Shown here: positions 30,526 through 39,987 of the stretch, in pieces
Layout of the letters: the number at the start of each line of letters is the position of its first letter
Position numbering within the stretch: position 1 is the first letter of the stretch
Virus record (IMG/VR): IMGVR_UViG_3300020057_000035
Coordinates: 1 to 64,000 of that record
Reading direction: 5' to 3' (one strand)
DNA: 64,000 nt
Source of the DNA: a virus
Made by a program: the position numbers and the translations under genes
Notes under the pieces: model-generated
What the model was told of the DNA's origin: nothing
Database searches by the model: none
What the model saw: only the letters and a program-made list of their open reading frames with translations

Positions 30526-31536
30526 CTACTTTACACCTGCCATCAGGTGCTTAAACGCCTTTGACCTGAGATCAAAGCCGGGACCGTCCAGATTATACAA
30601 AGCACGACGGGTTTGTGAATCTGCGTTCTTGCTGTTTGTATTCATTCCCTTGACTTGCATATCGTGAGACACCCACTGAGTGACGGCGTTGTACCATCCA
30701 TAGGCAGTATCTCGTTCCACAGTCTCGGATTTCTGAAAGACCGACCACAAGCGCAGACGTTCCTCTTGCGCAGAACGAATAACACGGTCTGTAATATCTT
30801 TACCAGTAGGAATCGGAATAAGAAAATCAATCATGCTTTCAAATTCTTCTGGGTTTTTCCTAGTATTGGCAAGAATCTCAAAACGTTTTGCTTGTTCGAT
30901 CATCCTTTTGCTCTGAAGATTGAGTGCCTTAATCATTTCTGAAACTCGCGCTTCTACAGTGCTAAGGTGCTTGATGGATGCTTTCACTGTGCGTTTGCTT
31001 TCACCCAAGGATACACTCATAGTATTCTGGCAAACAACCCGAGTAGAAACATCCGCAAGATGTACACCAGTCTTACCGTCGTGACCGACAATAAGCAAGA
31101 CATAGGGGCGGATAGGGTCAACACCACCGACTAGAATATCCTCGTCCAAGCGAACGAGTACCCAAGTTTTGCCATCATTGAGTACACCAATAGTCTCAAT
31201 AGCCAATGGTCGATCTTTAAGTGCTTCTGTAAGTGCTAAGATGCCAGTCATATTCTGATAGATAGTATAGGCACCTTTTACTTGCCCGAAAACTTTACCA
31301 TCACTAACTCGTCTAATGTTGTAGATGTTTGGCACCTCACGATATTCATCATTAAAGAGATGATAGGTTGGTGTCTTCTCTACTTCAAAGTCAGCTCCCG
31401 CTTTGTGTGCTAATTCTTCGGTATTATATGTGTCAATCTCTGACATAGCGATACCAAGCCCATGCCACGGGGTACCAGTTGCTTCACGATAAGCCATCGC
31501 TGCTATACCGTCTTGTCTAATTTCTAGATTGTGCAT
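30526..31536 (-). CDS. DUF932/DUF945 family phage protein
   Basis: MAY...PWHGLG, HDG, RVVCQNT, YNAVT motifs. Confidence 0.85.
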   Translation of the reverse strand: MHNLEIRQDGIAAMAYREATGTPWHGLGIAMSEIDTYNTEELAHKAGADFEVEKTPTYHLFNDEYREVPNIYNIRRVSDGKVFGQVKGAYTIYQNMTGILALTEALKDRPLAIETIGVLNDGKTWVLVRLDEDILVGGVDPIRPYVLLIVGHDGKTGVHLADVSTRVVCQNTMSVSLGESKRTVKASIKHLSTVEARVSEMIKALNLQSKRMIEQAKRFEILANTRKNPEEFESMIDFLIPIPTGKDITDRVIRSAQEERLRLWSVFQKSETVERDTAYGWYNAVTQWVSHDMQVKGMNTNSKNADSQTRRALYNLDGPGFDLRSKAFKHLMAGVK

Positions 31537-31648
31537 TTTGCCTTCCCTTTGACTCTGTGAGTCTTTGATAAATTAAGAGTACATCAGCTTTGTCTTTGTG
31601 TCAAGTCGTCTCTTGACTTTTCTTTTATGTGAGGTTATAATTATAAGT

Positions 31649-32215
31649 ATGAAACTATTAAAACATTGTTTATATTGCGAAAAAGAAACATTTAATCCAA
31701 AATATTGCTCACGATCTTGTACAGCTAAAGTAAATGGTAAATCTAAATTATCTATAGAAGAGCGATTCTGGTCTAAAGTAAATAAAACCAATACTTGTTG
31801 GATTTGGACAGGGGCTTCTGATAAAGGGTACGGTAGACTTAAGATAAATGGTAAATCCATAGGTGCACATAGGATTTCTTATGAGTTACATAAAGGTATA
31901 ATTCCAGAAGGATTACAAATAGATCATTTATGTAGAAATAGAATATGTGTAAACTATGATCATTTGGAGGCAGTAACTCTCAGAGAAAATATTCAAAGAG
32001 GATTATCAGGATCTAATATGCGAAATAAAACACATTGCTCACAGGGACATCCCTATGTCGGAAACAATCTATATATACAACATGTTAGTTTTGGTAATGG
32101 AATACGTAGAAAGTGTCGTACATGTATATCAATACAGAAAAAAGAATACTATTATGTGAAAAGTAAGGGGATTCCGCCATCCCATAACACACTAGGCAGT
32201 GAGAGCGTAGAGTGA
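31649..32215 (+). CDS. HNH homing endonuclease
   Basis: RFWSKV...CWIWTG...AHRISY...DHLCRNRICVN.DHL; own TTGACT-17-TATAAT promoter at 31613-31641. Confidence 0.9.
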   Translation: MKLLKHCLYCEKETFNPKYCSRSCTAKVNGKSKLSIEERFWSKVNKTNTCWIWTGASDKGYGRLKINGKSIGAHRISYELHKGIIPEGLQIDHLCRNRICVNYDHLEAVTLRENIQRGLSGSNMRNKTHCSQGHPYVGNNLYIQHVSFGNGIRRKCRTCISIQKKEYYYVKSKGIPPSHNTLGSESVE

Positions 32216-33157
32216 GAGATTACGCCACTCGGGATTGCCACTAGCTCTGATTTTAGCCGTGATTAACAAAGAGCGAAAATTCAATGTAGTAATCACCTCT
32301 TGTTTTTGCTTAAGGAAACTTAAAGCATCACGCTTAATTTCCAGAGACAGTTCAGGCAAGACACTTTCCAGCACCGTTTCCATTCGTTCAATTTTCTCTG
32401 AATTTGACATAGAGAGATCAACAGTAATTGCCCGAGTACGAATTGGTGGTGGAATTGAGTATTGCGGCTTGTTACTGATGAATACAATACCACCAGTAAA
32501 GTTGAAACTAGAAGCATATCCTACTGCTGGCCTACCCGATACCCAAGAAACAGTTCTAGTCTCATAGCTATCAAGCGCGGCCTTAAGAAGATTGATTGTA
32601 GTTTGATTTTCCAACACGCTATCACAGTCATCAAATACAATAATCTTATCGTAATTGTCGTGCATAGTCTCATACAAACCTAGTGGAGTAGTGAATCCAC
32701 TAATAGGTAAGTATCCTGATTGATCACCCTCAATCATGTTCGATTCAAGACCGATAGATCGAAGCGTATCAAAGACCGTGTATGTCTTACCCAGACCGGA
32801 TTCACCAGTAACAATCAAACTAGGCAGTTTGCGTTCTGCTACCATAGTAGTGAATTCTTCCAAGTACTTGAAGCGTTCATTGATAGTGAAGCTAGGGGTG
32901 ATAGTCTTGGGTGCATACGTCTGAGTGACTGTACGAGACGTGTCAGAGCGAGTGCCTTTGGCCATTGAAGCATAGCCCTCGCCTACTTCTACAGCGGTCA
33001 CGCCCATCTTGAAAGCCTTGACGTTCTCGCCATTTTCTATGCGCCGAATGATTTGCTGCTTACCATTCTCACCCGTGCCCGTGCCAAGAGTGATGCCAGA
33101 ATAAGTACATACCCACTTTTGTCTTGCTATGTCGAATCTGAGCGATGCAGTTTTCAC
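32192..33157 (-). CDS. AAA+ ATPase
   Basis: Walker A GESGLGKT, Walker B IVFDD. Confidence 0.85.
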   Translation of the reverse strand: MKTASLRFDIARQKWVCTYSGITLGTGTGENGKQQIIRRIENGENVKAFKMGVTAVEVGEGYASMAKGTRSDTSRTVTQTYAPKTITPSFTINERFKYLEEFTTMVAERKLPSLIVTGESGLGKTYTVFDTLRSIGLESNMIEGDQSGYLPISGFTTPLGLYETMHDNYDKIIVFDDCDSVLENQTTINLLKAALDSYETRTVSWVSGRPAVGYASSFNFTGGIVFISNKPQYSIPPPIRTRAITVDLSMSNSEKIERMETVLESVLPELSLEIKRDALSFLKQKQEVITTLNFRSLLITAKIRASGNPEWRNLSLYALTA

Positions 33158-33346
33158 GATGCCTTACCTTTGCGTTCCCGCCGTCATCAAGCTTATGCTC
33201 GTGCGGCTGATGTACTTAAATATAGCTTAAGTCTGGGTTTGGGTCAAGCCACTGGAATAGATGTATCCTATCTCAGCTATAGACCAGATGCTACTTGACA
33301 CAAAAGCTGTTAGGAGGTAAGATACAGTAAGTTGAAAGGATACCTA

Positions 33347-33604
33347 ATGAACACTGACACAGATTACAGCTTGATTCGTCCCAACATTCGAGAATCCCTC
33401 GATAATTATGTGAATTTTGGCTATCATCCGGGCGGATTTCTAACCGCAGTATTGGAAAACAATCTCTCTGAGGCTATTGCGCGCGCAGATTTACAAAATC
33501 TTGAAACACTGCCTGCCCTCGTCTCATATGTCTACAATGAGATGCCCCGCAATTGTTGGGGTAATCCTAAGTTTGTTACACACTGGCTTAATAGTCATGC
33601 TTGA
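33347..33604 (+). CDS. Conserved phage hypothetical protein (PGGFLTAVLENNL)
   Basis: First + strand gene after the divergent promoter; AAGGA RBS. Confidence 0.75.
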   Translation: MNTDTDYSLIRPNIRESLDNYVNFGYHPGGFLTAVLENNLSEAIARADLQNLETLPALVSYVYNEMPRNCWGNPKFVTHWLNSHA

Positions 33605-33667
33605 CACAAACGTCTAGGTATGCTAAGTTATAAATGTTGAGTGAAGAGAATATCTGATCTCTTTTAT

Positions 33668-33735
33668 GCCGGGATGGTGCAATGGCTTTAAGTCCCGTCC
33701 CTCCTTAAGCAAGAGGTTGCTCGCTCCCGGTACCA
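33668..33735 (+). pseudogene. Degenerate tRNA-like element
   Basis: Acceptor GCCGGGA/TCCCGGT + ACCA, but no recognisable anticodon or T arm. Confidence 0.5.
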
Positions 33736-33943
33736 TAGGATATTACTCGGTAGTAATACTGGGTTTTAGGGTCTTCGTCCGGCAAGAAACAATACATAAA
33801 TAGTTGCCCTGTTCTATTTATGCTAGTCTCAATAATTGCCCAGCGAAACATTAACAGGGCAAAAATCACCACTTGACACAACGTGTCGTTGACACAAACG
33901 CAAAACGCTTGACACAGTAGAAAAAGTATGATACAATAGTCCT

Positions 33944-34021
33944 GCACAGATAATTCAAAGGAAGAATCTTAGTCTTATATACTAATGGGTGGTTTGGGTT
34001 CGAGTCCCCCTCTGTGTACCA
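33944..34021 (+). tRNA. tRNA-Ile(UAU), imperfect T stem
   Basis: TTAGT-CTTATAT-ACTAA arm; TTCGAGT loop; CCA. Confidence 0.65.
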
Positions 34022-34033
34022 TACAAATTAAGT

Positions 34034-34107
34034 CGCGTGATGGTGTAAAAGTAACACATGGCGCTCATAACGTTAGGTTCTAAGTGAGATTCTTAGTCAC
34101 GCTACCA
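34034..34107 (+). tRNA. tRNA-Met(CAU), initiator-like 1:72 mismatch
   Basis: TGGCG-CTCATAA-CGTTA arm; CCA; atypical T loop. Confidence 0.7.
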
Positions 34108-34155
34108 GTTATTTAAAGTAAAAAGTTTTGCTGGTTTAAAACGTGAAAACCAGAA

Positions 34156-34215
34156 GTTGACACAACGTGTCGTTGACACAACGTGTCGTTGACACAACGT
34201 GTCGTTGACACAAAT
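34156..34215 (+). repeat. Tandem 16-bp repeat GTTGACACAACGTGTC x3 leading into a promoter
   Basis: Direct observation. Confidence 0.85.
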
Positions 34216-34331
34216 ACAAAACTGTGTTAAGATAGATTCACATGTGACTATAGTGTGTTTTATTTTACTCGTGCGCTTGTAGCTCAATGGACAGAATACT
34301 GCGCTTCTCGCTCCGGTATGCCGCCACGGTT

Positions 34332-34994
34332 CTAGAATTTAATATTCAAAATACCGTTATCAAATTCCCAATGACAATTTGGACATAATTGAACTACGTT
34401 AGAGGGATCATTTATTTCTCCTACTGTAGTAGTAAGGGGATAAGTAGATACAGCTTTAATATGAGCTAACTCCACATGTTTAATATAACCACAAACATAA
34501 CATGGAAGTAGACAGAGATCACGGTTCCATGATCTACAGAAGTTTCTGACTGCTACATTGGCCCATGAAGGGTGTTTATCTACTACATTATTTTTTGTGC
34601 GATACTCTTCAATTGTTAAATTTTTATAATAAGCAGTCTTGTCTGCACCAGTACAGGGTTTACATTTGGTTCTTTTATAGGTTACTATATTTCCGCACTT
34701 GTTAATACATTGTTTTTTATGATTCTCTTGCCAAATTTTAACTTTTTGACTTTTTGTTAATTTAGTATATTCTAATTGCTGTGGTGTGCTTCTATTAACA
34801 GGGTCTCTAGCAGTCGTGCAAGCATCACAAATTATTCTTCGATAACTAAGTATTTTAGTAGAATCACAACAGTATTTGCATACTCGCATAATTTTTTCTC
34901 TCTTTGGAGATAATGTATTGTTGACTATGGTGGCGCACGATCTAGAACAAAATTTTGGATTCTTAGTTTCCACTTGACAACTAAAACACTTCAT
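34332..34994 (-). CDS. HNH endonuclease with zinc fingers
   Basis: CYVCG...ELAHIK...LCPNCHWEFD. Confidence 0.85.
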   Translation of the reverse strand: MKCFSCQVETKNPKFCSRSCATIVNNTLSPKREKIMRVCKYCCDSTKILSYRRIICDACTTARDPVNRSTPQQLEYTKLTKSQKVKIWQENHKKQCINKCGNIVTYKRTKCKPCTGADKTAYYKNLTIEEYRTKNNVVDKHPSWANVAVRNFCRSWNRDLCLLPCYVCGYIKHVELAHIKAVSTYPLTTTVGEINDPSNVVQLCPNCHWEFDNGILNIKF

Positions 34995-35011
34995 GGTATA
35001 CTTCTCTCTAC

Positions 35012-35087
35012 GGCCCTATGGTGTAACGAAAAACATAATTCTCTTCTAAAGAATAGATTCTAGGTTTGATTCCTAGTAGGGCTACCA
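35012..35087 (+). tRNA. tRNA-Arg(UCU)
   Basis: GGCCCTA/TAGGGCT acceptor; ATTCT-CTTCTAA-AGAAT; CCA. Confidence 0.8.
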
Positions 35088-35168
35088 ATCTATTATAACA
35101 TGCTTTTTATGAAAAGGAGAAAGCTAATTGGATTCATGCAGGTTCGAGTCCTGTCCGGAGTTCCATTT

Positions 35169-35335
35169 TCTATTTATCAGGATTATCATGTTCCCAATGA
35201 CAATTAGGACATAATTGAGAGAGGTTTTATATGTAATTATTAATTCCGTTTGTAACTCAGTAAGTAAAGTAGGAAGCTTTTTGTCCAAATTTAATTCAAC
35301 GTGGTCTTTCGCCCAAACCACTTGACACATATCAA
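35169..35335 (-). pseudogene. HNH endonuclease remnant
   Basis: NLSQLCPNCHWEHDN, like 34332-34994, with an in-frame stop. Confidence 0.6.
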
Positions 35336-35348
35336 CAGATAAACACGT

Positions 35349-35426
35349 GCTCTCGTAGCTTAGCCTGGTTAAAGCAAAAAACTTTTAATTTTGAGATCGA
35401 AAGTTCAAATCTTTCCGAGAGTACCA
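35349..35426 (+). tRNA. tRNA-Lys(UUU)
   Basis: GCTCTCG/CGAGAGT acceptor; CTTTTAA loop; TTCAAAT; CCA. Confidence 0.8.
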
Positions 35427-35785
35427 CCTAACTTTGCCGTAAATCACCTACTAGAGAAGCCACGAATCGAAATAAGTGGTTAGTATGTTTAGTGGAGTTT
35501 AGCTCATAAACCACTAACTAAAATAAATAGGGAGATAAATTATGATTAGTTTTGGATTACAAATAGGAAGTTATATTGCTGTTCTTCTTTTGACTGGCTT
35601 TGGTGCTTTTCTTGAGTGGATGTTTGGTTGGTTTTAATTACTATTTTTGCGCCCCTTGACACAAATCAAACTATGTAGTAAAGTAAGCTGACAAGAGGAG
35701 GAAAAACATGAATTGCTGTTCTTCTTTTGACTGGAGGTAGAGAAGCAAAGTAAAGTTTTTCTACCTCTCAGAATTATGTTAAGTA

Positions 35786-36000
35786 GAACAAGTGTTCTGG
35801 AAAATTATTATGTCAAGTTTTATTTCTATATATACAGTTTTTAAAAATCCCACGAAATTCTTTATATATGGCGAACAAAAACCCCCACGTAATTTTCTAT
35901 ATATGGCGAACAAAAAAATCCCACGTAATTCTTTATATGGATTTTTAAAAAAACCGGCGGAATTCTTTATATATAGAGTGAAGAAATCCCACGAAGTTTT
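35786..36000. repeat. LexA box (35786-35797) plus five ~35-bp tandem TATATA..AAAA(T/C)CCCACG..ATT repeats
   Basis: AGAACAAGTGTTCT; repeats related to the motif at 398, 6456, 14733, 22206. Confidence 0.75.
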
Positions 36001-36170
36001 AAAATAGATAGTACGCCCTTTTCTTCTTTCCTTCTAGAGTTAACTCTGTGTTGGCGCACTACCTAGATGCAATGCCCTCTCATACCTACGAGTATTCTTT
36101 TATGAAGAAGTTAGGTTCCTGTGAGGGCATTGCTATTGACATATCCCCAAAAGTGTGATATCTTGAGCAT

Positions 36171-36623
36171 ATGAACAAAGGATTCTGTATAAAAGAAACC
36201 CGTAGAGCTAGACCTAATGATGTTGATGTTACAAACATGGTTAAAGTCTATAAATATGTATTAAATTGTACTAATTCTTATCTTAATATTCCTTTTCCAA
36301 ACTATTTTGATATTAGGTGGTTGCGTACTTTATTTACTAAATTAGAACTTAATATAGATAATATATTAAGAACCGAGGATATCCCTAAAGCAAATAAAAG
36401 CTATTCTGAAAATATATTACTAGACTTATTAGAATAAGATGTAAGATGGAAAATAAATAGTATAAATACTTATGCTGCTATAAATAAATTTATTAATATT
36501 CATCCTTTTATTGATGCAAATAAAAGAATAGCAAACTTAATACTCAATAGTATATGTGGTACTCTTGAGCACCCTATAACAATTGAAAGACTAAAATCTC
36601 AAATGTTAAATTTCAAATATTAA
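36171..36623 (+). pseudogene. Fic/Doc-family gene split by an in-frame TAA at 36435
   Basis: Same frame continues to HPFIDANKR after the stop. Confidence 0.7.
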
Positions 36624-36748
36624 AATAGAAATCTGAAATTATAAAAATCAAAATGTAAATCTGAAGTTTTAAATTCTAAAAATGAAAATATAAAATTAAA
36701 ATCTCCAAATATAAATTATAAAATCAAAATCTGAAATTATAAAAATCA
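36591..36748. repeat. AAAT-rich tract (copy 5)
   Basis: About 20 AAAT-type units. Confidence 0.8.
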
Positions 36749-37747
36749 TACGCAATGTGTCTAAATGAATTACTTTGGTATAAATTAAAATATGATAATA
36801 CAGATACAATCTAAAAAAAGCATAGAAGCAATACAATATGATGGAACAAACGAAAGAGAGATAATTGACTGGGCTAAACCAAAATCAAGTTATATAAAAT
36901 CTGGTGGAGTGAATAGATTCGAATTTGAAGGAATAACAATACATAAAACTGATTGGTTTATAAACTTAAATCTAACCATGATAGTTTGTACTAATGAACA
37001 ATTCACAGATACCTATGATACATAATTGCTTAAATTTAATTTCTTTAATTTTGGTTGTTTCGCACCCATAACACCGCTGCTATCCATATAGCTGCTGAAC
37101 CGTTCCACACTCACTACAGCACTAAAAAAGAAACGCTAATATAAATTACAACAGAAATACCAGTACTAAAGACTGGGGATAAGATTTAAAAAGAATGTTA
37201 GTAGAAACTTAATGAAGTATCCAAGTAAATTTAATTACTTTTCTTTTAATTTGCCATTTTTGGTCTCATAATCTTAATTTTATCTGCTTTTATGGTTCAG
37301 TCGGTCTTTATATTATTCACCGGTGATTCAGGGCATTAGGATTAAGAAAAATCCACAGGTAAGAAACATAATTCTTCATAAGTATGAAAGGTTAAATAGA
37401 TATTACTTAACCAATTATTCGAAGAGAACTACCTAATCTAACATAACTATGTACGCTGCCTGCATACTATTAGATTGATATCTATGTCTTAATTATACCA
37501 CAGAATCTAAGAAAAGAAATGAATTATATTTACAAACTATTACCACATTTAACAAGAGGTTTTATATATTTCTCTACTTTAGAAAAGGCAAAAGAATACG
37601 CAAATGAATCTAAAGATTGGGAGTATAAACATTTTAACAAAAGAATATGGATAGCTAAATTCGGTATCTAACAGAAGAAGAAATAGACCACATCTACAGT
37701 AATACCACCAGACATTAAGAGCAACTTCATATCTGATAGGCGATATT

Positions 37748-37940
37748 ACTAGATTTTGCTTTTTATTATGGACACACAGTCACCTAACTAGATTTTGCTT
37801 TTTATTATGGACACACAACTGCCTAAGATGGATAATCTAAGTGTTTTGGGGTTTTCAGATGGATAATCTAAGTGTTTTCAGGTGTTCTCAGATGTTTTGG
37901 TGTTTTCAGGTGTTCTCAGATGGATAATCTAAGTGTTTTG
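37748..37940. repeat. Clustered direct repeats in a long non-coding AT-rich region
   Basis: ACTAGATTTTGCTTTTTATTATGGACACACA x2; AGATGGATAATCTAAGTGTTTT x3. Confidence 0.8.
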
Positions 37941-38489
37941 CTACTAAATAGGGGGGTTTTGGATCGGGTTCGAGTAAATTTTTATATTCTTATTAGCTTC
38001 TTACTATTAGTAGGCTCTATTTTAATGATTTATATATAAAGTATATTATTATTTGTTATCCTGATTTTTGTATTTTATACCTATACCAAATGTTAAGTTC
38101 TAACATTCTTTACTTTTCATAACTACATATATAGTATTACCTAATTTTCCTTTTTTGCGCCCTTGGGTTTTTGAGGCGGTACATAATCAATATTGGAAGG
38201 ATTATTCGTATAATAATTAAATCAGATATTAAGTTATTAAATGTCACGATCTACACTACTACTGTAGATTTAAGTTTATTTTGCGGTTCTAAGTATGAGA
38301 TTGATGTTGATCCACTGGATATCTCAAAATCAATCATGTTAGTTATTGATCATTCTATTAATAGGATTATTCATGTTAGACCTACAGATTGGTTGTTTTC
38401 TAATTCTAATTGCGACTTTCTTATAGTTTTTCATGAAGATGAATTTAATAATATATTTGAAGTAGCGTCAATTACTCACTAATTAATTA

Positions 38490-39137
38490 ATGCTAAAAGT
38501 GGAAATGTTGCCACTTGACAAGTACAGACGAAGCTGGTATACTGAAGCTATGAAACCATATAATATTCAATCAGAAAACGAACAATATCTTTTTAGTCTT
38601 TATGCCCAGCCTCATAGGTATTACCATACAAGGGAGCATATTTTCAATATGCTTTCTGGACTTAGTGATTTTGTATATTGTTCTTATTTAACTCAAAAAG
38701 AAGTAGATCTATTAACTATAGCTATTTGTTATCATGACGCTATTTATGATCCACAAGCGAGTGATAATGAACTTAATAGTGTTGCATTAATGATGTTACA
38801 TTATAATAATATTTTGCCCTTAGAGGATATTAAAACTGTTACTCATTTGATTATGGCTACTAAAGATCACATCAGTTATGATCTATTAAGTAGTATTATT
38901 ATTGATCTTGATCTTTGCGTTTTTGGATCTTCTGAGAAAAAGTATAAGAAATATGCAAAGAGCATTAGAAAAGAATATGGTCATGTATCACAAGAAGACT
39001 ATGTTAAAGGTAGAACTGATGTATTGAATTCTTTTCTCAATAAAGAAAATATATATTCTAATGATTTCTTTGGAAACTTATATGAGAAGAAAGCAAGAAC
39101 AAACATCAAATCAGAAATATATTTATTGGAGAGATAG
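38490..39137 (+). CDS. HD-domain metal-dependent phosphohydrolase
   Basis: HRYYH...H, YHDAIYD, DLDL, IRKEY motifs. Confidence 0.85.
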   Translation: MLKVEMLPLDKYRRSWYTEAMKPYNIQSENEQYLFSLYAQPHRYYHTREHIFNMLSGLSDFVYCSYLTQKEVDLLTIAICYHDAIYDPQASDNELNSVALMMLHYNNILPLEDIKTVTHLIMATKDHISYDLLSSIIIDLDLCVFGSSEKKYKKYAKSIRKEYGHVSQEDYVKGRTDVLNSFLNKENIYSNDFFGNLYEKKARTNIKSEIYLLER

Positions 39138-39987
39138 TTAACAGGCAGTAACCAAAGAATTAAGGTCTTTAGGGCACGAAGCATACTCTTGTGATTTACG
39201 ACCTTGTTCTGGTGGTCACTCAGAATGACATTTACAATGTGATGTATAATAAATATTATTTAAATCTAAAACAACATTTATTTTGTAGGTTTTTCCACAA
39301 AGAAGATCTCTGTTTTGGTGGTCAACTTAAATACTGGCACTGTATGAGATGTAATTTTTGTAGTGAAAAGTCATTTTTGTAGTGAAAAATTTGATTTTTC
39401 ACATGAACTGGACAATTAGTTTAGATGATCTAAACTCGGCATTAGGAGACGCTTTCTATTCTTAATGCTCACATCGCGTTAATAGAATTCATGAAAAAGA
39501 GCAATCATCTTGATCGCTGTGCAATTTTATTTTCAACACACCCGTTTGAACCCGATGATTGCGATTGTGGTTTAACTTCACTGAAGGAGAAATTTAAAAA
39601 ATGGAATATTATGTATTTAGACTTATATTTTGTATGGGATTAATTAGTTTAATTTTTGCTGAAATACATATCAAAGATGTGAATGTTTTTCTACAAATAT
39701 TGTGGGTTGGTTTTTCTTTATTCTTAATTGGCATGTCTTTAGATGAAATGTATGGTAATAAAAATTAATGAGAATTTATTGAAACAAGCGTCGTATATTG
39801 GAAATTCAATCATTGCAGAAATTCGTAAATTAAAAGAAGGGCTTCTTAACTAATATGAGAGAAATAGGAATGTGGATATTAAGTGCCTTTATACTCATGC
39901 AAACATTTAGTAATTACGTACAAAGGGCAGATATAAATAAAAACACTAAAGACATTAAAAAATTACAGATATTTAATTGGAAATTAA

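Larger units (their letters stand above)
895..33250 (-). repeat. Array of ~80-90 dispersed sigma70-type promoter repeats delimiting micro-gene and ncRNA cassettes
   Basis: Plus-strand motif ...GATGTAATCTTAGCACGTCGGGGGATTTGTGTCAA recurring every ~100-400 bp in the densest parts; minus strand reads TTGACA-17 bp-TAAGAT with extended -10 TG; variants keep TTGAC and TAnnnT. Confidence 0.92.

Noticed and set aside
413-30942. Plus-strand ORFs within the array (e.g. 413-673, 2978-3208, 7336-7779, 25733-26473)
   Set aside because: Antisense shadows of minus-strand cassettes or of repeats; no RBS or promoter support
895-33250. Classical integron or diversity-generating retroelement
   Set aside because: No IntI tyrosine recombinase, attC R-box pattern, reverse transcriptase or adenine-specific TR/VR pair is visible in the window
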